This document shows positions 9,871-19,324 of a DNA stretch of 64,000 nt, in pieces (the first letter of the stretch is position 1; each line of letters begins with the position of its first letter). A model generated the notes under the pieces. The model made no database searches. It worked only from the letters and a program-made list of their open reading frames with translations, and had not been told where the DNA came from. This DNA is from Lachnospiraceae bacterium (lineage in GTDB: Bacteria > Bacillota > Clostridia > Lachnospirales > Lachnospiraceae). The position numbers and the translations under genes are program-made. The stretch lies in assembly GCA_014804345.1 (NCBI GenBank), contig JAAUZZ010000021.1:116923-180922 (forward strand). The letters are read 5' to 3'.

Positions 9871-11720
9871 TCTAATCCTCGCAGTATTTTATCTGTTATT
9901 GTTTTGGCGTCAATCCCGACCTCCTTGCGCAAAATATCCACATTTCCGTGCTCCACATACTCGTCGGGAATCGTAATATTTAACAGCTTCACATCGCTCT
10001 TTACGCTGCCAAGGTAATCGCGTACCTTCTCACCGAAGCCGCCGCTTGCCACATTTTCCTCCATGGTAACGATCAGCATGTGATCCTTTACCGCTTCATC
10101 TATGATGTCCGTATCAATAGGTTTTACAAAACGCGCATTGATGATGCTGCATCCGTAACCCTTTTCTACCAGCGCGTTCCACACATGAAACGCTGTCTTT
10201 ACCATGCTTCCGACCGCAAGCAGCGCCACTTGTCCGTCCTTAACAAGCCATTCCGCCTTTCCGAGTATGATGGGGTCCCGAAATTCTTTCAGTTCATCAT
10301 ATGCTTCCCCTCGCGGATAACGCAATGCGATCGGACCGCCGAATTTTATCGCGAATTTGAGCATATCCGAAAGCTCCCATTTATTCTTCGGCGCCATGAT
10401 ATGCATATTCGGTATTGACGAAAGATACGACAGATCAAAGATGCCCTGATGCGTTTCCCCGTCACTTCCCACAAGTCCCGCCCTGTCGATTGCGAACACG
10501 ACGGGAAGATTCTGGATACAGACATCATGGAGAATCTGATCGTAAGCGCGCTGCAAGAAAGAAGAATAGATTGCCACCACGGGCTTCATGCCGCCTGCCG
10601 CAAGCCCCGCCGCAAAAGTGACAGCATGTTCCTCCGCAATTCCCACATCGAAAAAGCGGTCGGGATACAGATTGCGAAAGCGTTTCAAACCGGTTCCGTC
10701 AGGCATTGCCGCCGTGATTGCCACGATATCGGGATCCCTGTCGCCAAGCTTGCACATCACGGTTGAGAACACGTCCGTGTAATTTGATTTTGTCTTTGGC
10801 TTTAAGGGAAGACCCGTTTCCACGTCAAACGGTTCCGCGCCGTGAAATCTTGCGGGGTGCTTTTCCGCCGGCAAAAAGCCTTTGCCCTTCTGTGTAATGA
10901 CATGAACGATTACCGCCGATTTACACCGCTTTGCCTCGCGGAACACTTTTAACAGCGCGTTGATATTGTGCCCGTCAACCGGACCGAGATAGGTAATGCC
11001 CATGTCCTCAAAAAACATTCCGGGGATTACAAGCTGCTTTACAGAGCTTTTTGCCCGTCTGATGCGCTCCACAAGCGGGTCAAGCTTTCTGTCCATCAGC
11101 GAATTGTAGACGCCCTCTTTGATATCGAGATACTTATCCGCCGTTCTGATATTGTTCAGGTATTTTGACATACCGCCAACGTTTTCCGAGATAGACATAT
11201 TGTTGTCGTTTAACACGATTATGTAATTGGACTTAATCCGCGCCGCGTTATTTAATGCCTCGTAAGCCATTCCGCCCGTGAGCGAACCGTCGCCGATGAC
11301 GGAAACGATCGTACTGTCCTCGCCCCTTAAATCTCTCGCTTTGACGAGTCCCAGTCCCGCCGAAACGGAGGTAGAGCTGTGCCCTGTATCGAAACAGTCG
11401 CACTCGCTCTCCTTTCTCTTGGGAAATCCGCTCATTCCACCGTACTTTCTAAGATGTTCAAAGCCCGCACGTCTGCCTGTCAACAGCTTATGCGTATAAG
11501 ACTGATGCCCCACGTCCCACACGATTTTGTCCTTTGGCAGATTTAAACTCAGATGCAGCGCCATTGTAAGCTCCACTGCACCCAGATTGGATCCTAAGTG
11601 ACCGCCTGTGACACTGATTTTGTGGATCAAAAAATCTCTGATTTCCTCCGCCAAGAGATTGAGGTCTTGTGGGTCTACATTCTTGATATCATTTTCCTTT
11701 TCTATCGTTTCCAGTATCAT
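9867..11720 (-). CDS. dxs: 1-deoxy-D-xylulose-5-phosphate synthase
   Basis: GGHLGSNLG, WDVGHQ, GDGSLTGG, DVGIAEEHAV, DRAG, IRYPRG-like motifs. Confidence 0.97.
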   Translation of the reverse strand: MILETIEKENDIKNVDPQDLNLLAEEIRDFLIHKISVTGGHLGSNLGAVELTMALHLSLNLPKDKIVWDVGHQSYTHKLLTGRRAGFEHLRKYGGMSGFPKRKESECDCFDTGHSSTSVSAGLGLVKARDLRGEDSTIVSVIGDGSLTGGMAYEALNNAARIKSNYIIVLNDNNMSISENVGGMSKYLNNIRTADKYLDIKEGVYNSLMDRKLDPLVERIRRAKSSVKQLVIPGMFFEDMGITYLGPVDGHNINALLKVFREAKRCKSAVIVHVITQKGKGFLPAEKHPARFHGAEPFDVETGLPLKPKTKSNYTDVFSTVMCKLGDRDPDIVAITAAMPDGTGLKRFRNLYPDRFFDVGIAEEHAVTFAAGLAAGGMKPVVAIYSSFLQRAYDQILHDVCIQNLPVVFAIDRAGLVGSDGETHQGIFDLSYLSSIPNMHIMAPKNKWELSDMLKFAIKFGGPIALRYPRGEAYDELKEFRDPIILGKAEWLVKDGQVALLAVGSMVKTAFHVWNALVEKGYGCSIINARFVKPIDTDIIDEAVKDHMLIVTMEENVASGGFGEKVRDYLGSVKSDVKLLNITIPDEYVEHGNVDILRKEVGIDAKTITDKILRGLE

Positions 11721-11739
11721 GCAGCAACAACTTCCTTTC

Positions 11740-12630
11740 TTATTTCAACCGCGTAATCAGACTCTTCACCAAATCCGTCAAAAACTCATTTTTGTATCCC
11801 CTGTTATTTAATGAATTTAACAGCTCTATTGCATGATTAGACCGTTCCTTCTGTTCGCGTGACGCCTCCTCTATTCCTTTTAATGTGACATACGTTATTT
11901 TATTATTTTTCGCATCACTTCCGATTGGTTTTCCAAGCTCTTCAAAGGTACTTGTAACATCCAGTATATCGTCCTGTATCTGAAACGCGATACCGATTTC
12001 GTATGCCGCCTGTTCTATCGTTGAAAGCGCATCATCATCCGCGCCCGCAAGCGCCGCGCCGATCATCATTGAAGCCTGTATGAGCGCCGCTGTCTTGTGC
12101 TCATGGATATAAAGCAGCTGCGAAAGCGTGACCTTGTCTCCGAGTCCCTCCGCCTCAATATCCGCTACCTGACCGCCGATCATTCCGTTAATGCCCGCTT
12201 TCCCCGCCAAGATCGAGAGTGCCTTTGCAATATGCTCCATGTCGGCTCCGTCACACGAAAAAGCCCTGAGCGCCGTTTCAAACGCATAGTTTAGAAGTCC
12301 ATCGCCCGCAAGGATTGCCATTGCCTCACCGTATTCCACCCATGTTGTCTTTTTTCCGCGGCGATACTCGTCATTGTCCATCGCCGGAAGGTCATCATGC
12401 ACGAGCGAATAGGTGTGTATCATCTCGATTGCCGCCATAAACGGCTCAATTACCGCTCCCTTTCCGCCAAACAGCTTGTACGTTTCCAACATCAGCATCG
12501 GACGAAGACGCTTTCCTCCCACATTGACACTGTAATTCATCGCGGCCATCACACTCGACGCCATTCCTTCTTCCTTGGGAAGATACTGTTTTATGATCGT
12601 TTCTATTGCTTCTCTTCTTTCTTTCATCAA
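11740..12630 (-). CDS. ispA: Farnesyl diphosphate synthase / geranyltranstransferase
   Basis: GGKRLRP, HDDLPAMDNDEYRRG, FQIQDDILD. Confidence 0.95.
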   Translation of the reverse strand: MMKERREAIETIIKQYLPKEEGMASSVMAAMNYSVNVGGKRLRPMLMLETYKLFGGKGAVIEPFMAAIEMIHTYSLVHDDLPAMDNDEYRRGKKTTWVEYGEAMAILAGDGLLNYAFETALRAFSCDGADMEHIAKALSILAGKAGINGMIGGQVADIEAEGLGDKVTLSQLLYIHEHKTAALIQASMMIGAALAGADDDALSTIEQAAYEIGIAFQIQDDILDVTSTFEELGKPIGSDAKNNKITYVTLKGIEEASREQKERSNHAIELLNSLNNRGYKNEFLTDLVKSLITRLK

Positions 12631-12833
12631 AATTCCTCTAATTCCCCGTTTTCGTTCAGCTTCAAAACTTCCTTTTCAACCTTATCAATCTTTTCATTGC
12701 AAGACTTTATAAGCTCCATTCCCTGTTTATAAAGCTTAAAGGACTCCTCCAGTGAAATCTCTTCCTGTTCCAGTTTCCCGATAGTTTCCTCCAGCTTTTC
12801 AAACGTTTCGTCAAGCGTAAGCTTATTCGCCAT
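12627..12833 (-). CDS. xseB: Exodeoxyribonuclease VII small subunit
   Basis: 68 aa, LEESFKLYKQGMELIKSC pattern; follows xseA. Confidence 0.93.
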   Translation of the reverse strand: MANKLTLDETFEKLEETIGKLEQEEISLEESFKLYKQGMELIKSCNEKIDKVEKEVLKLNENGELEEF

Positions 12834-14034
12834 AACGCACCTCCGTTACACCTGTTATCTTTGAATGTATAATCCCGTTCTTTACATAAACCTGCATTGC
12901 CTTGTCCGGCTTTGCATTTTTGATATCATTTAAAACTTGTCCCTTTTCGTCCTCCACATAAGCATAGCCCTGACTTAATTTTTCCAACGGCGAAAGGCCT
13001 TTGAGCGTTTGCGCAAGCAGCGCCATTCTGTGCCTGTTTTGGGTGAGATTTCTCTCCATAAGGACGGAAAGCCGTTCCTCCAAATCCATACAGTACATTC
13101 TCTTTTGCTGCAATTTGTTCTCGGGACTTAGGTATTTCAGCCGCAGTTTATGATTTTCAAGCCTTGCTTTTTCCGTTTTCAGATGTCTTGACATATGATG
13201 CCCTAATGTGCTCTCATATACTTCTATTTTTCCCAAAAGCAGATCAAAATCATACACTGCAAGCTCCGCCGCCGCCGAAGGCGTAGGCGCCCGCAAATCT
13301 GCCACAAAATCAATAATTGTCGTGTCCGTTTCATGCCCTACCGCTGAAATAACAGGTGTTTGTGAATCGAATACTGCCTTTGCAACCACTTCTTCATTAA
13401 ACGCCCACAAATCCTCAATCGAACCGCCGCCTCTGCCCACGATCATCACGTCTACGCCAAGCCGTTCCAACGCACGAATACCGTTTACAATGCTTGCAGG
13501 CGCCTGTTCCCCCTGAACGATCGCGGGATAAAGGATAATCTGCACATAAGGATTACGTCTTGTCGCAATATTGATAATATCTCTGACTGCCGCTCCCGTA
13601 GGCGCAGTCACCACGCCGAGTGTTTTGATATAGCGCGGTATCTTCTGCTTATATTCGGGCGCAAACATGCCCATCTCCTCAAGCTCTCTTTTGAGTTTGT
13701 CGAATTTCTCATATAAAAGCCCCGCCCCGTCCAGCGTAATCTGTTTGGCATAGAGCTGATACTTTCCGTCTCTTTCATAAACGTCAATGGTACCGCCAAC
13801 CACTACCTGTTGCCCTTCCTCCAATTTGAAAGAAAGACCGGCGCGGCTGCCGGCAAACATAACACATGCTATTATTCCTTTTTCGTCCTTTAGCGTAAAA
13901 TAAATATGCCCCGACGAATGATATTTGCAGTTGCTTACCTCTCCCTTTACAAAAATTGACTTCAACATATAATCTTCGGTAAACATATTTTTAATATAGG
14001 AGTTTACTTGGGCAACCGTATAGACATTGCGCAT
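12823..14034 (-). CDS. xseA: Exodeoxyribonuclease VII large subunit
   Basis: GEVSN, SGHIYFTLKD, RGGGSIEDLWAFN, GHETD, TPSAAAE. Confidence 0.97.
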   Translation of the reverse strand: MRNVYTVAQVNSYIKNMFTEDYMLKSIFVKGEVSNCKYHSSGHIYFTLKDEKGIIACVMFAGSRAGLSFKLEEGQQVVVGGTIDVYERDGKYQLYAKQITLDGAGLLYEKFDKLKRELEEMGMFAPEYKQKIPRYIKTLGVVTAPTGAAVRDIINIATRRNPYVQIILYPAIVQGEQAPASIVNGIRALERLGVDVMIVGRGGGSIEDLWAFNEEVVAKAVFDSQTPVISAVGHETDTTIIDFVADLRAPTPSAAAELAVYDFDLLLGKIEVYESTLGHHMSRHLKTEKARLENHKLRLKYLSPENKLQQKRMYCMDLEERLSVLMERNLTQNRHRMALLAQTLKGLSPLEKLSQGYAYVEDEKGQVLNDIKNAKPDKAMQVYVKNGIIHSKITGVTEVRYGE

Positions 14035-14088
14035 GAAACAACTTCTCCCCTCGCATTCCTCTGAAAACGTGCGAATAACACTTGTTAC

Positions 14089-14487
14089 TTATACGAATTT
14101 TGCAAGTATTCCGTTTACAAAACCTGACGATTCCTCCTGTCCGAACTTCTTGGCAATCTCGACCGCCTCATTAATTGCCACACCTGTAGGCACATCCTCA
14201 TCAAACATGATCTCATAGACCGCAAGGCGCAGAATAGCAAGGTCAACCTTTCCCATTCGCCCGGTTGTCCACCCTTTTGCCTTTTTATTAATCATCTCAT
14301 CAATTTCGTCAAGCCGCTCTAGAATGCTGTTGCCCTTTTGCGAGATATACCGCACATCTTTTTCGTCCGGCTCCGGCTCCTGTGCCTCGAAAAAGAAATC
14401 CTCCTGTTCCGGCATCTCATCCCGCTCGTTAAATTCCACCCGAAATATAAACTTAAAAATCTGTTCCCTCAGTTCTCGTCTGCTCAT
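14089..14487 (-). CDS. nusB: Transcription antitermination factor NusB
   Basis: MSRRELRE, DLAILRLAVYE, INEAVEIAK, FVNGIL. Confidence 0.96.
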   Translation of the reverse strand: MSRRELREQIFKFIFRVEFNERDEMPEQEDFFFEAQEPEPDEKDVRYISQKGNSILERLDEIDEMINKKAKGWTTGRMGKVDLAILRLAVYEIMFDEDVPTGVAINEAVEIAKKFGQEESSGFVNGILAKFV

Positions 14488-14510
14488 CTGACTTTTTCCC
14501 TTTATCGTAT

Positions 14511-14882
14511 TTAATTGCCATCCTGCATCTTAATCCCGATAATCCGAATATTGACATCGGATACCGAAAAACCTGTCATTGTTTCGATTGCGCTTTTTAC
14601 TTTTTCCTGTACTTTATTGCAGGTTGTCGGAATGTTAAAACCATATTCCAGTGTGAGCGCCAGATCAACGGATACGTTTCCCTCAAGGATATCCACCTTA
14701 ACGCCCTTTGTCTGCTTTTTCATGCCCACTTTTTCCATCCACTCGTTCGTGATATTGCCCGACATCGAGTTTACTCCGTCAACCTCTGTCGCCGCAAGCC
14801 CCGCTATCATCGCAACCACATCGTTTGCAATCTTTACCGTTCCCAACGCTTCTGTTTCATTTTTATTCATTTCTTTATCCAT
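14511..14882 (-). CDS. Asp23/Gls24 family protein (YqhY-like)
   Basis: GTVKIANDVVAMIAGLAA...VQEKVKSAIETMTG; conserved position before nusB. Confidence 0.92.
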   Translation of the reverse strand: MDKEMNKNETEALGTVKIANDVVAMIAGLAATEVDGVNSMSGNITNEWMEKVGMKKQTKGVKVDILEGNVSVDLALTLEYGFNIPTTCNKVQEKVKSAIETMTGFSVSDVNIRIIGIKMQDGN

Positions 14883-14955
14883 ACTGATATACTTACTCCT
14901 TTCAAAGCCTACATATGCGTTAAGTATAGCACACTTAACGCTATTTTGCCTAGTA

Positions 14956-16146
14956 TTAATAAAATATATTCCAAAAGCTTATCGTGCAAAGCTCCTCATT
15001 GGAAGCATATGAGATTGCACCCTCATTGTTCTTTATGATCCCGAATATCTGCCGATCCTCTATGATTGCGGATAACATTTCATGATAAACCTCTGTGTCG
15101 GCGCACTTTAAAGTAACATAATCCTCCTGTTTTACGGATTCACTGTCGAAAATATTTTCAAGCTGCTGCACATCATACCGCTCAAAATAAAGCCCCTCCC
15201 GCACATAATAATTGTCCTCCGTGCTCTCACAGGAAGGAAGCTCTACCAAATCCTCAAAAGAATGCGTTCTTGTGATTTCATTCGTCGTAACCAAAAAATA
15301 ATCGTAATTGATTGGCGGCAAAAATACCGCATTTTCCATGCCCTCACTGCCGCTGTATGAATAAGAGGCATCTCCCCATGTCGGGTCGAGATAATAATAT
15401 TTTCCATTCACGCGCACCAAATTCCACGCGTGACGCTCCGCGCCCGTATATCCCGTCACCAAAAACGACTGAATTCCCACCTTTTGGAGCATATACTGCA
15501 TCGCCTTCGCGTATCCCTGACAGACCGAGCGGCCGCCTAGAAATACAGAACGTATATTTTGATTGTTGTCCGCATCTTTGTCATATTCCGTGTTGTCGAT
15601 CAGATACTCATACAAATACTTCACAGTACTGTACTCGTCTTCATTTAGGGGCACCTCCTTCATGCACTCCGACAGGCTTTGCTCGATTTCGTCAAGCGCA
15701 AGCTCCGCTTCCTCCTTTGTCATGGAATAGGTCCCCTCGAAAGAAATTCCCGTGAGCGTATCACCAAAAAAGTGCTCGGTATACTGAAATCCCTCGACAT
15801 AAAAAAGTTCCGGATGATCGTTTAACACACATTCAAAAACGCGGTCAAGCTGTTCGCTGTCCAATGTGGAAACGCGTCGCTTTTCCGCCATCATGCTAAG
15901 CGCGTCAAGAAGTTCCCGATACAAATTTTGCTCACTTTTATCAAGCTTGTGATAAGCATAGTAAATCTCCGCGATTTCCGCTGTCGGTTCGCTCTCCTCA
16001 CTCGACATCTGCTGCTCGTTTTCGTATGACCCAATCATACTGGAAAGCTCCGAAGATAACTCCTCATTGACACGCTCTATCTCCTCACAGCCGCAAAACG
16101 CCAGTACAATAACATATGATATTATTGCAAGAATACCTTTTTTCAC
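14956..16146 (-). CDS. Transglutaminase-like domain lipoprotein
   Basis: Lipobox-like AFCGC; Cys-His-Asp triad motifs VCQGYA, HAWN, DPTW. Confidence 0.85.
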   Translation of the reverse strand: MKKGILAIISYVIVLAFCGCEEIERVNEELSSELSSMIGSYENEQQMSSEESEPTAEIAEIYYAYHKLDKSEQNLYRELLDALSMMAEKRRVSTLDSEQLDRVFECVLNDHPELFYVEGFQYTEHFFGDTLTGISFEGTYSMTKEEAELALDEIEQSLSECMKEVPLNEDEYSTVKYLYEYLIDNTEYDKDADNNQNIRSVFLGGRSVCQGYAKAMQYMLQKVGIQSFLVTGYTGAERHAWNLVRVNGKYYYLDPTWGDASYSYSGSEGMENAVFLPPINYDYFLVTTNEITRTHSFEDLVELPSCESTEDNYYVREGLYFERYDVQQLENIFDSESVKQEDYVTLKCADTEVYHEMLSAIIEDRQIFGIIKNNEGAISYASNEELCTISFWNIFY

Positions 16147-16167
16147 ATCAATCCTCCACTTTTTGCG

Positions 16168-17763
16168 CTAATTCCTACCGAATTCCGAAAGCACAAGCCC
16201 CTTATTTCTCTCCTCTGTCATTCCGATGCTCCACTGATTGATGAATAAAAGCAGCGGATTCCCCTTTAAATCCCGTATTTTCTTCATATCTGACGTGCCT
16301 GAAAGCTTATTTAAGTCCACCTCTTCCTTATTTTCAATCCAACGGATATGCTCATACGGAAGCGGCTCCAGCTTAATCTCCACATTGTATTCATTCTCAA
16401 GGCGGTACTTCAAAACATCAAACTGCAAAACGCCCACAACGCCGACGATAATTTCCTCCATACCCGTATTAAACTCTTGGAAAATCTGAATCGCGCCTTC
16501 CTGCGCAATCTGATTGACACCCTTGATAAACTGTTTTCTCTTCATTGTGTCCATCTGACGTACCCTTGCGAAATGCTCCGGCGCAAAGGTCGGTATTCCG
16601 TCGTAACAGATGTTATTTTTCGGTGCGCACACAGTATCTCCAATCGAGAAAATGCCCGGATCAAACACACCGATAATGTCACCTGCATACGCTTCGTCAA
16701 GAATCTTGCGCTCATCCGCCATAATCTGCTGCGGCTGCGATAATCTCATCACTTTCTGGCCCTGTACATGCTTGACCTCCGCACTCGCATCAAACTTTCC
16801 CGAACAAATGCGCATAAATGCGATTCGGTCACGGTGTGCCTTATTCATGTTTGCCTGGATTTTAAACACAAACGCCGAAAAGTCGTTTTCCACGGGATCA
16901 ATCCGCTCTCCATTCGAAATGCGCGGAAGCGGCGTCGCCGCCATCTCAATAAAATTTTGCAAGAATATTTCCACACCGAAGTTCGTGAGCGCCGAGCCAA
17001 AGAAAACAGGTGTCAATTTCCCCTTTCTTACTTCTTCAATATCAAACTCCGCACTCGCCCCGTCGAGCAAGTCAATCTCGTCCCGCAAAAGCGCAAGCGC
17101 CTCATCTCCGATCGTTTCCAGCAAAAGCGCCTCATCATCCATCGGGATTACGGTCGTTTCGCCCTCTTTCGTTCCTTTTTGCGTATCGGAGTAGGTCAAC
17201 ACATGATTTTCATGCCTGTCGTAAACGCCCTTAAAACGCTTTCCCGAACCAATCGGCCAGTTGACGGGACATGTCGCAATCCCAAGCTCTTTCTCGATTT
17301 CATCCAACAATTCAAATGTATCGTTTGCATCCCTGTCCATCTTATTGATAAACGTAAAAATAGGGATTCCGCGCATACCACACACCTTAAAAAGCTTTCT
17401 TGTCTGCGCTTCCACACCCTTTGACGCATCAATGACCATTACAGCCGAATCCGCCGCCATCAGCGTCCGGTAAGTATCCTCCGAAAAGTCCTGATGCCCC
17501 GGCGTATCCAATATATTGATGCAGCAGCCGTTATAATTAAACTGCAGCACAGAGGAGGTTACCGAGATACCTCTCTCCTTCTCGATCTCCATCCAGTCAG
17601 ACACAGCATGTCTCGCCGTCGCCTTTCCCTTAACGCTTCCGGCAAGGTTAATCGCCCCTCCGTATAAAAGAAATTTCTCCGTAAGGGTTGTCTTACCCGC
17701 ATCGGGGTGGGAGATGATCGCAAAGGTTCTCCTCTTATTTATTTCTTCCGCAATATTACTCAC
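16168..17763 (-). CDS. prfC: Peptide chain release factor 3
   Basis: RRTFAIISHPDAGKTT, DTPGHQDFSEDTYR, NKMDR, GVLQFDV. Confidence 0.97.
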   Translation of the reverse strand: MSNIAEEINKRRTFAIISHPDAGKTTLTEKFLLYGGAINLAGSVKGKATARHAVSDWMEIEKERGISVTSSVLQFNYNGCCINILDTPGHQDFSEDTYRTLMAADSAVMVIDASKGVEAQTRKLFKVCGMRGIPIFTFINKMDRDANDTFELLDEIEKELGIATCPVNWPIGSGKRFKGVYDRHENHVLTYSDTQKGTKEGETTVIPMDDEALLLETIGDEALALLRDEIDLLDGASAEFDIEEVRKGKLTPVFFGSALTNFGVEIFLQNFIEMAATPLPRISNGERIDPVENDFSAFVFKIQANMNKAHRDRIAFMRICSGKFDASAEVKHVQGQKVMRLSQPQQIMADERKILDEAYAGDIIGVFDPGIFSIGDTVCAPKNNICYDGIPTFAPEHFARVRQMDTMKRKQFIKGVNQIAQEGAIQIFQEFNTGMEEIIVGVVGVLQFDVLKYRLENEYNVEIKLEPLPYEHIRWIENKEEVDLNKLSGTSDMKKIRDLKGNPLLLFINQWSIGMTEERNKGLVLSEFGRN

Positions 17764-17804
17764 TTTCCTCTTTCCTCCATTGTCTGTTTGCGCAATTTCT
17801 TATG

Positions 17805-17896
17805 AATCGAGCAGGGGAAATCTTTTTCCTGCTCGCGCGCCGCTGATGCGCCGCACCAGCGGCATATTTCATCTGCATCAGCGTGTGCATAAAAGA
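17805..17896. repeat. Intergenic multi-hairpin element, family A
   Basis: aatcgagcagg...cctgctcgcgcgccgc-tgatgcgccgcaccagcggc...tcatctgcatcagcgtgtgcataaaaga; homologous to 33706-33799 and 62618-62653; overlaps deoB stop. Confidence 0.85.
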
Positions 17897-19044
17897 CTCG
17901 TTCCCGCCACCTCGCACGGAACGTCAAGATAGTCAAGCACCGTGGCCGCGATATCCGCAAATGTGTCACGCGTCCCGTAATTAACCGGTTTTATATTTTT
18001 CCCGTACATGATAAGCGGCGTATGCTCTCTCGTGTGGTCGGTCGTCTTTGTATAGGCGGGGTCACAGCCGTGGTCAGCCGTGATCATAAGCACATCGTCT
18101 TCTCTCATTTTACCCATAATTTCGGGAAGCTTTTCATCAAAATAGGTAATCGCCTTTGCGTATCCGTCCACATCTCGTCTGTGTCCATAAAGCATATCGT
18201 AATCTACAAGGTTAATAAAGCACAATCCCTCAAAATCCTTATCGAGATATTCCAGCGTGCGCTCTATTCCCTCCGCATTTCCGCTCGTGTATACAAAGTC
18301 TGTGATGCCCTTTCCGGCAAAAATATCATTAATCTTACCCACGGCAAGCACGTCTTTTCCCGCTGCCTTTAACTGATCAAGCATGGTTGCTTTCGGCGGC
18401 AGAAGCGAATAGTCGTGACGGTGCGCCGTTCTTGTATAATTACCCGACTCGCCCACAAATGGTCTTGCGATCACGCGCCCGACGCCGTGCTCTCCCTGAA
18501 GCATCTGTCTTGCCTTTTTACAATAATCATACAGCGTTTCCAATGGAACAACATCCTCGTGCGCCGCAATTTGGAACACACTGTCAGCCGATGTATAGAC
18601 AATCAAATCACCTGTTTTTACATGTTCATCTCCGTAATCCTTTATCACTTCCGTGCCCGAATATGTCTTGTTGCAAAGCACGCCTCTGCCGGTAAGCCTT
18701 GAAAATTCATCCAGCACTTCTTTCGGAAATCCGTTCGGATACGTAGGCAGAGGCCTTTCGGAAATCAATCCCGCAATTTCCCAATGTCCGATTGTCGTGT
18801 CCTTTCCTTTTGACGCTTCGCGCATACGTGCCACTGCCGCAAGCGGAGCCTCCACAGGCTCCTTTTTTTCGCAATTTACACCCTCTATATTAAAAATGCC
18901 AAGATTTTTGAGATTAGGCACATGAAAATATGCGCTCGAAGACACCGAACCGATTGTGTTTGTCCCTTTATCGCCGTAATCCGCCGCGTCTGCCATCTCC
19001 CCTATTCCAAAGCTGTCCAATACAATCAAAAACACTCTTTTCAT
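17878..19044 (-). CDS. deoB: Phosphopentomutase
   Basis: Start ATG 19044 MKRVFLIVLDSFGIG; GKDTTIGHWE, YTSADSVFQIAAHE, GRVIARPF, TADHGCDP, DHTRE. Confidence 0.96.
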   Translation of the reverse strand: MKRVFLIVLDSFGIGEMADAADYGDKGTNTIGSVSSSAYFHVPNLKNLGIFNIEGVNCEKKEPVEAPLAAVARMREASKGKDTTIGHWEIAGLISERPLPTYPNGFPKEVLDEFSRLTGRGVLCNKTYSGTEVIKDYGDEHVKTGDLIVYTSADSVFQIAAHEDVVPLETLYDYCKKARQMLQGEHGVGRVIARPFVGESGNYTRTAHRHDYSLLPPKATMLDQLKAAGKDVLAVGKINDIFAGKGITDFVYTSGNAEGIERTLEYLDKDFEGLCFINLVDYDMLYGHRRDVDGYAKAITYFDEKLPEIMGKMREDDVLMITADHGCDPAYTKTTDHTREHTPLIMYGKNIKPVNYGTRDTFADIAATVLDYLDVPCEVAGTSLLCTR

Positions 19045-19096
19045 ACAGATAACCTTGTCCTTTCCGTTTCCAAATATTTCATATTCCGTAATTTTC

Positions 19097-19125
19097 AGTA
19101 TATCATATCTTACCCGAAATGACAA
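19097..19125 (-). promoter_or_regulatory. sigma-A promoter of deoB-prfC
   Basis: TTGTCA-N17-TATACT with TG extended -10. Confidence 0.7.
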
Positions 19126-19164
19126 ATTTAATCAAACGCACAAATCGACAGAAGGCGAAATGCC

Positions 19165-19297
19165 GTTACTGTTCACTCCGTTCCAGTAACAGGTAAAAAT
19201 CCATGCAAAATCACCTTCGGTGATGGATTTTTACTTGGCTACGGTACGTTTTCTCACGGAATTAGCAGTAAATGCTAATTCCTGTCTGAACTGTAAC
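19165..19297. mobile_element. MITE-like three-module hairpin element, family C, inserted in a terminator
   Basis: Ends gttactgttca / tgaactgtaac (10/11 inverted repeat); flanked by gaaatgcc / gaaattcc; homologous to 31296-31423 and 28114-28139. Confidence 0.7.
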
Positions 19298-19324
19298 GAA
19301 ATTCCCTCTGCCGATCCTTTCGTT

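Noticed and set aside
14956-19044. deoB-prfC-transglutaminase genes between spoIIIAH and asp23 as a mobile insertion
   Set aside because: Housekeeping content with no mobility signature; likely a lineage-level gene order
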